Virus record (IMG/VR): IMGVR_UViG_3300036982_000208
Span: 1-33,567 of that record
Strand: one strand, 5' to 3'
Length of the DNA stretch: 33,567 nucleotides
DNA from: a virus
Lineage: Duplodnaviria; Caudoviricetes
Shown here: positions 32,369 to 33,567 of the stretch, piece by piece
How the letters are laid out: every line of letters begins with the position of its first letter
How positions within the stretch are numbered: the first letter of the stretch is position 1
Position numbers and translations under genes: made by a program
The notes under the pieces: generated by a model
The model's database searches: none
Told to the model about the DNA's origin: nothing
Seen by the model: only the letters and a program-made list of their open reading frames with translations

Positions 32369-33504
32369 GGTTTGGCTGCCTTCATCTCATCGAACGTTTT
32401 GCCGCTGGCTTCGTGGATCGCCTGCTTGCCTGCGAATGCTTGCCAGCGTTCAACCGCGACGTCAACATAGGCAGGGTTCAGTTCGATGGCGTGGATGCTA
32501 CGTCCAGTCATTTCGCCCGCGATGATCGTGGTGCCGCTCCCGCTGAATGGTTCAAAGCAGTGGTCTCCTTCCACAAACTCAAAGCACCATTTGATAAGCT
32601 CAACGGGTTTCTGAGTTGGGTGTAGTTTTTTGCCATCAGTTTGATGAACTCGGCTTGAATCAAATCTCTTGGTGTTCTTGTCAAGGTTAGTCCAAGCAAG
32701 CTCCGCGTCTGACATAGTTGGAAACACTGGCTTGTTCCAAACTAGCCAGCACCGAGAAGGAGCGACCGCAAAGTAATTTCCGCCCCAGACGACTGAAGGA
32801 ACATTTTCAGCAAGTATGACCTGAAGAAACTCGTCATCGGCCACCTTATCCCAATCGTGCATATCCGAGTAATGGGATGCCTTTGTTGCCCATGTCCCGC
32901 CGCTCATCTTTTTTCCGAGTCCATAGGGCGGATCGGTGACAACGTGGTCGATCACGTTGCCATTCTTCGCTCTTCCAACAATAAGCGGATCAGTGCAGTC
33001 ACCGCAGACGATCCGATGTTTACCCATGACCCACACGTCGCCGAGCACGCTCACTGGATCGACCGGCGGCTCCGGCACCTCGTCGGGATCTGTCTCGCCT
33101 TCGGTGGTCTCTGCCATGAGATCGCCCAGCTCTGCCTCATCGAAGCCGATGAGTGACAGGTCGAAGTCGAGGTCGCCAAGCTCACAAAGCTCCAGCGCCA
33201 GCATCTCTTCGTCCCAGCCAGCGTTCAGCGCGAGCTTGTTGTCCGCGATGATGTAGGCTCGTTTCTGGGTGTCGGTCAGGTGAGCCAGGCGGATGCACGG
33301 GACGGATGCCAGCCCGAGCACGCCTGCCGCCATCACCCGGCCATGGCCGGCGATGATGCCGTTCTTCGCGTCGATCAGCACCGGGTTGGTAAATCCGAAC
33401 TCGCGGATGCTTCCAGCGATCTGTGCGACCTGCTCGGGTGAGTGGGTGCGCGTGTTCCGGGCGTAGGGGATGAGGTCGGCGGTTAGTATCTGTTCAATTT
33501 TCAT
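32365..33504 (-). CDS. ParB-N domain fused to N4/N6 DNA methyltransferase, 379 aa
   Basis: LIPYARNTRTHS..FGFTNPVL..IIAGHGR; TDPPYG, HPTQKP and EPFSGSGTT. Confidence 0.93.
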   Translation of the reverse strand: MKIEQILTADLIPYARNTRTHSPEQVAQIAGSIREFGFTNPVLIDAKNGIIAGHGRVMAAGVLGLASVPCIRLAHLTDTQKRAYIIADNKLALNAGWDEEMLALELCELGDLDFDLSLIGFDEAELGDLMAETTEGETDPDEVPEPPVDPVSVLGDVWVMGKHRIVCGDCTDPLIVGRAKNGNVIDHVVTDPPYGLGKKMSGGTWATKASHYSDMHDWDKVADDEFLQVILAENVPSVVWGGNYFAVAPSRCWLVWNKPVFPTMSDAELAWTNLDKNTKRFDSSRVHQTDGKKLHPTQKPVELIKWCFEFVEGDHCFEPFSGSGTTIIAGEMTGRSIHAIELNPAYVDVAVERWQAFAGKQAIHEASGKTFDEMKAAKP

Positions 33505-33555
33505 ACTGGAAAGTAAAGCGGTTGTTTGATTTTTGGCTCATTCGGATCGAAAGGG

Positions 33556-33567
33556 ATGAGGCGGAAC
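33556..33567. repeat. 12-bp direct terminal repeat, right copy (putative cohesive end)
   Basis: Identical to bases 1-12. Confidence 0.9.

Noticed and set aside
33100-33504. Plasmid-prophage partition system or lysogeny module
   Set aside because: ParB-N is fused to a methylase in a common pre-terminase arrangement; no ParA, integrase or divergent repressor.

Overview
The window looks like a complete ~33.6 kb linear genome of a long-tailed (siphovirus-like) bacteriophage, with every credible gene on the minus strand. Read from the right end leftwards it contains a ParB-N/DNA methyltransferase, a lambda-type packaging and head module (Nu1-like TerS, GpA-like TerL, gpW-like adaptor, portal, ClpP with nested scaffold, capsid) and a glycosyltransferase/methyltransferase cassette. 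Next come neck and tail genes with a -1 frameshifted tail chaperone, a tape measure, AT-rich tail-tip and fibre genes, and a lysis cassette. The early/replication arm carries a 15-aa repeat protein, VRR-NUC, SNF2 helicase, primase-helicase, an HNH gene with a structured RNA leader, a probable origin and two HTH proteins. I see no integrase, DNA polymerase, reverse transcriptase, tRNA or CRISPR array. The most notable signals are: (i) a 12-bp terminal repeat suggesting cos ends; (ii) a recurring TTGAC(A/T) motif 13-14 nt before late-gene start codons; (iii) a TAGGC-N3-GCCTA palindrome shared by the early promoter and a truncated DNA-ligase gene; (iv) a probable virion glycosylation cassette with an A8 tract; (v) a lipoprotein gene between duplicated TerL N-termini. 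All protein calls come from motif recognition by eye, and no database search was run. The host cannot be determined from the sequence. Lipoproteins and SD-poor leaders suggest a Gram-negative host, perhaps Verrucomicrobia-like (inference only).
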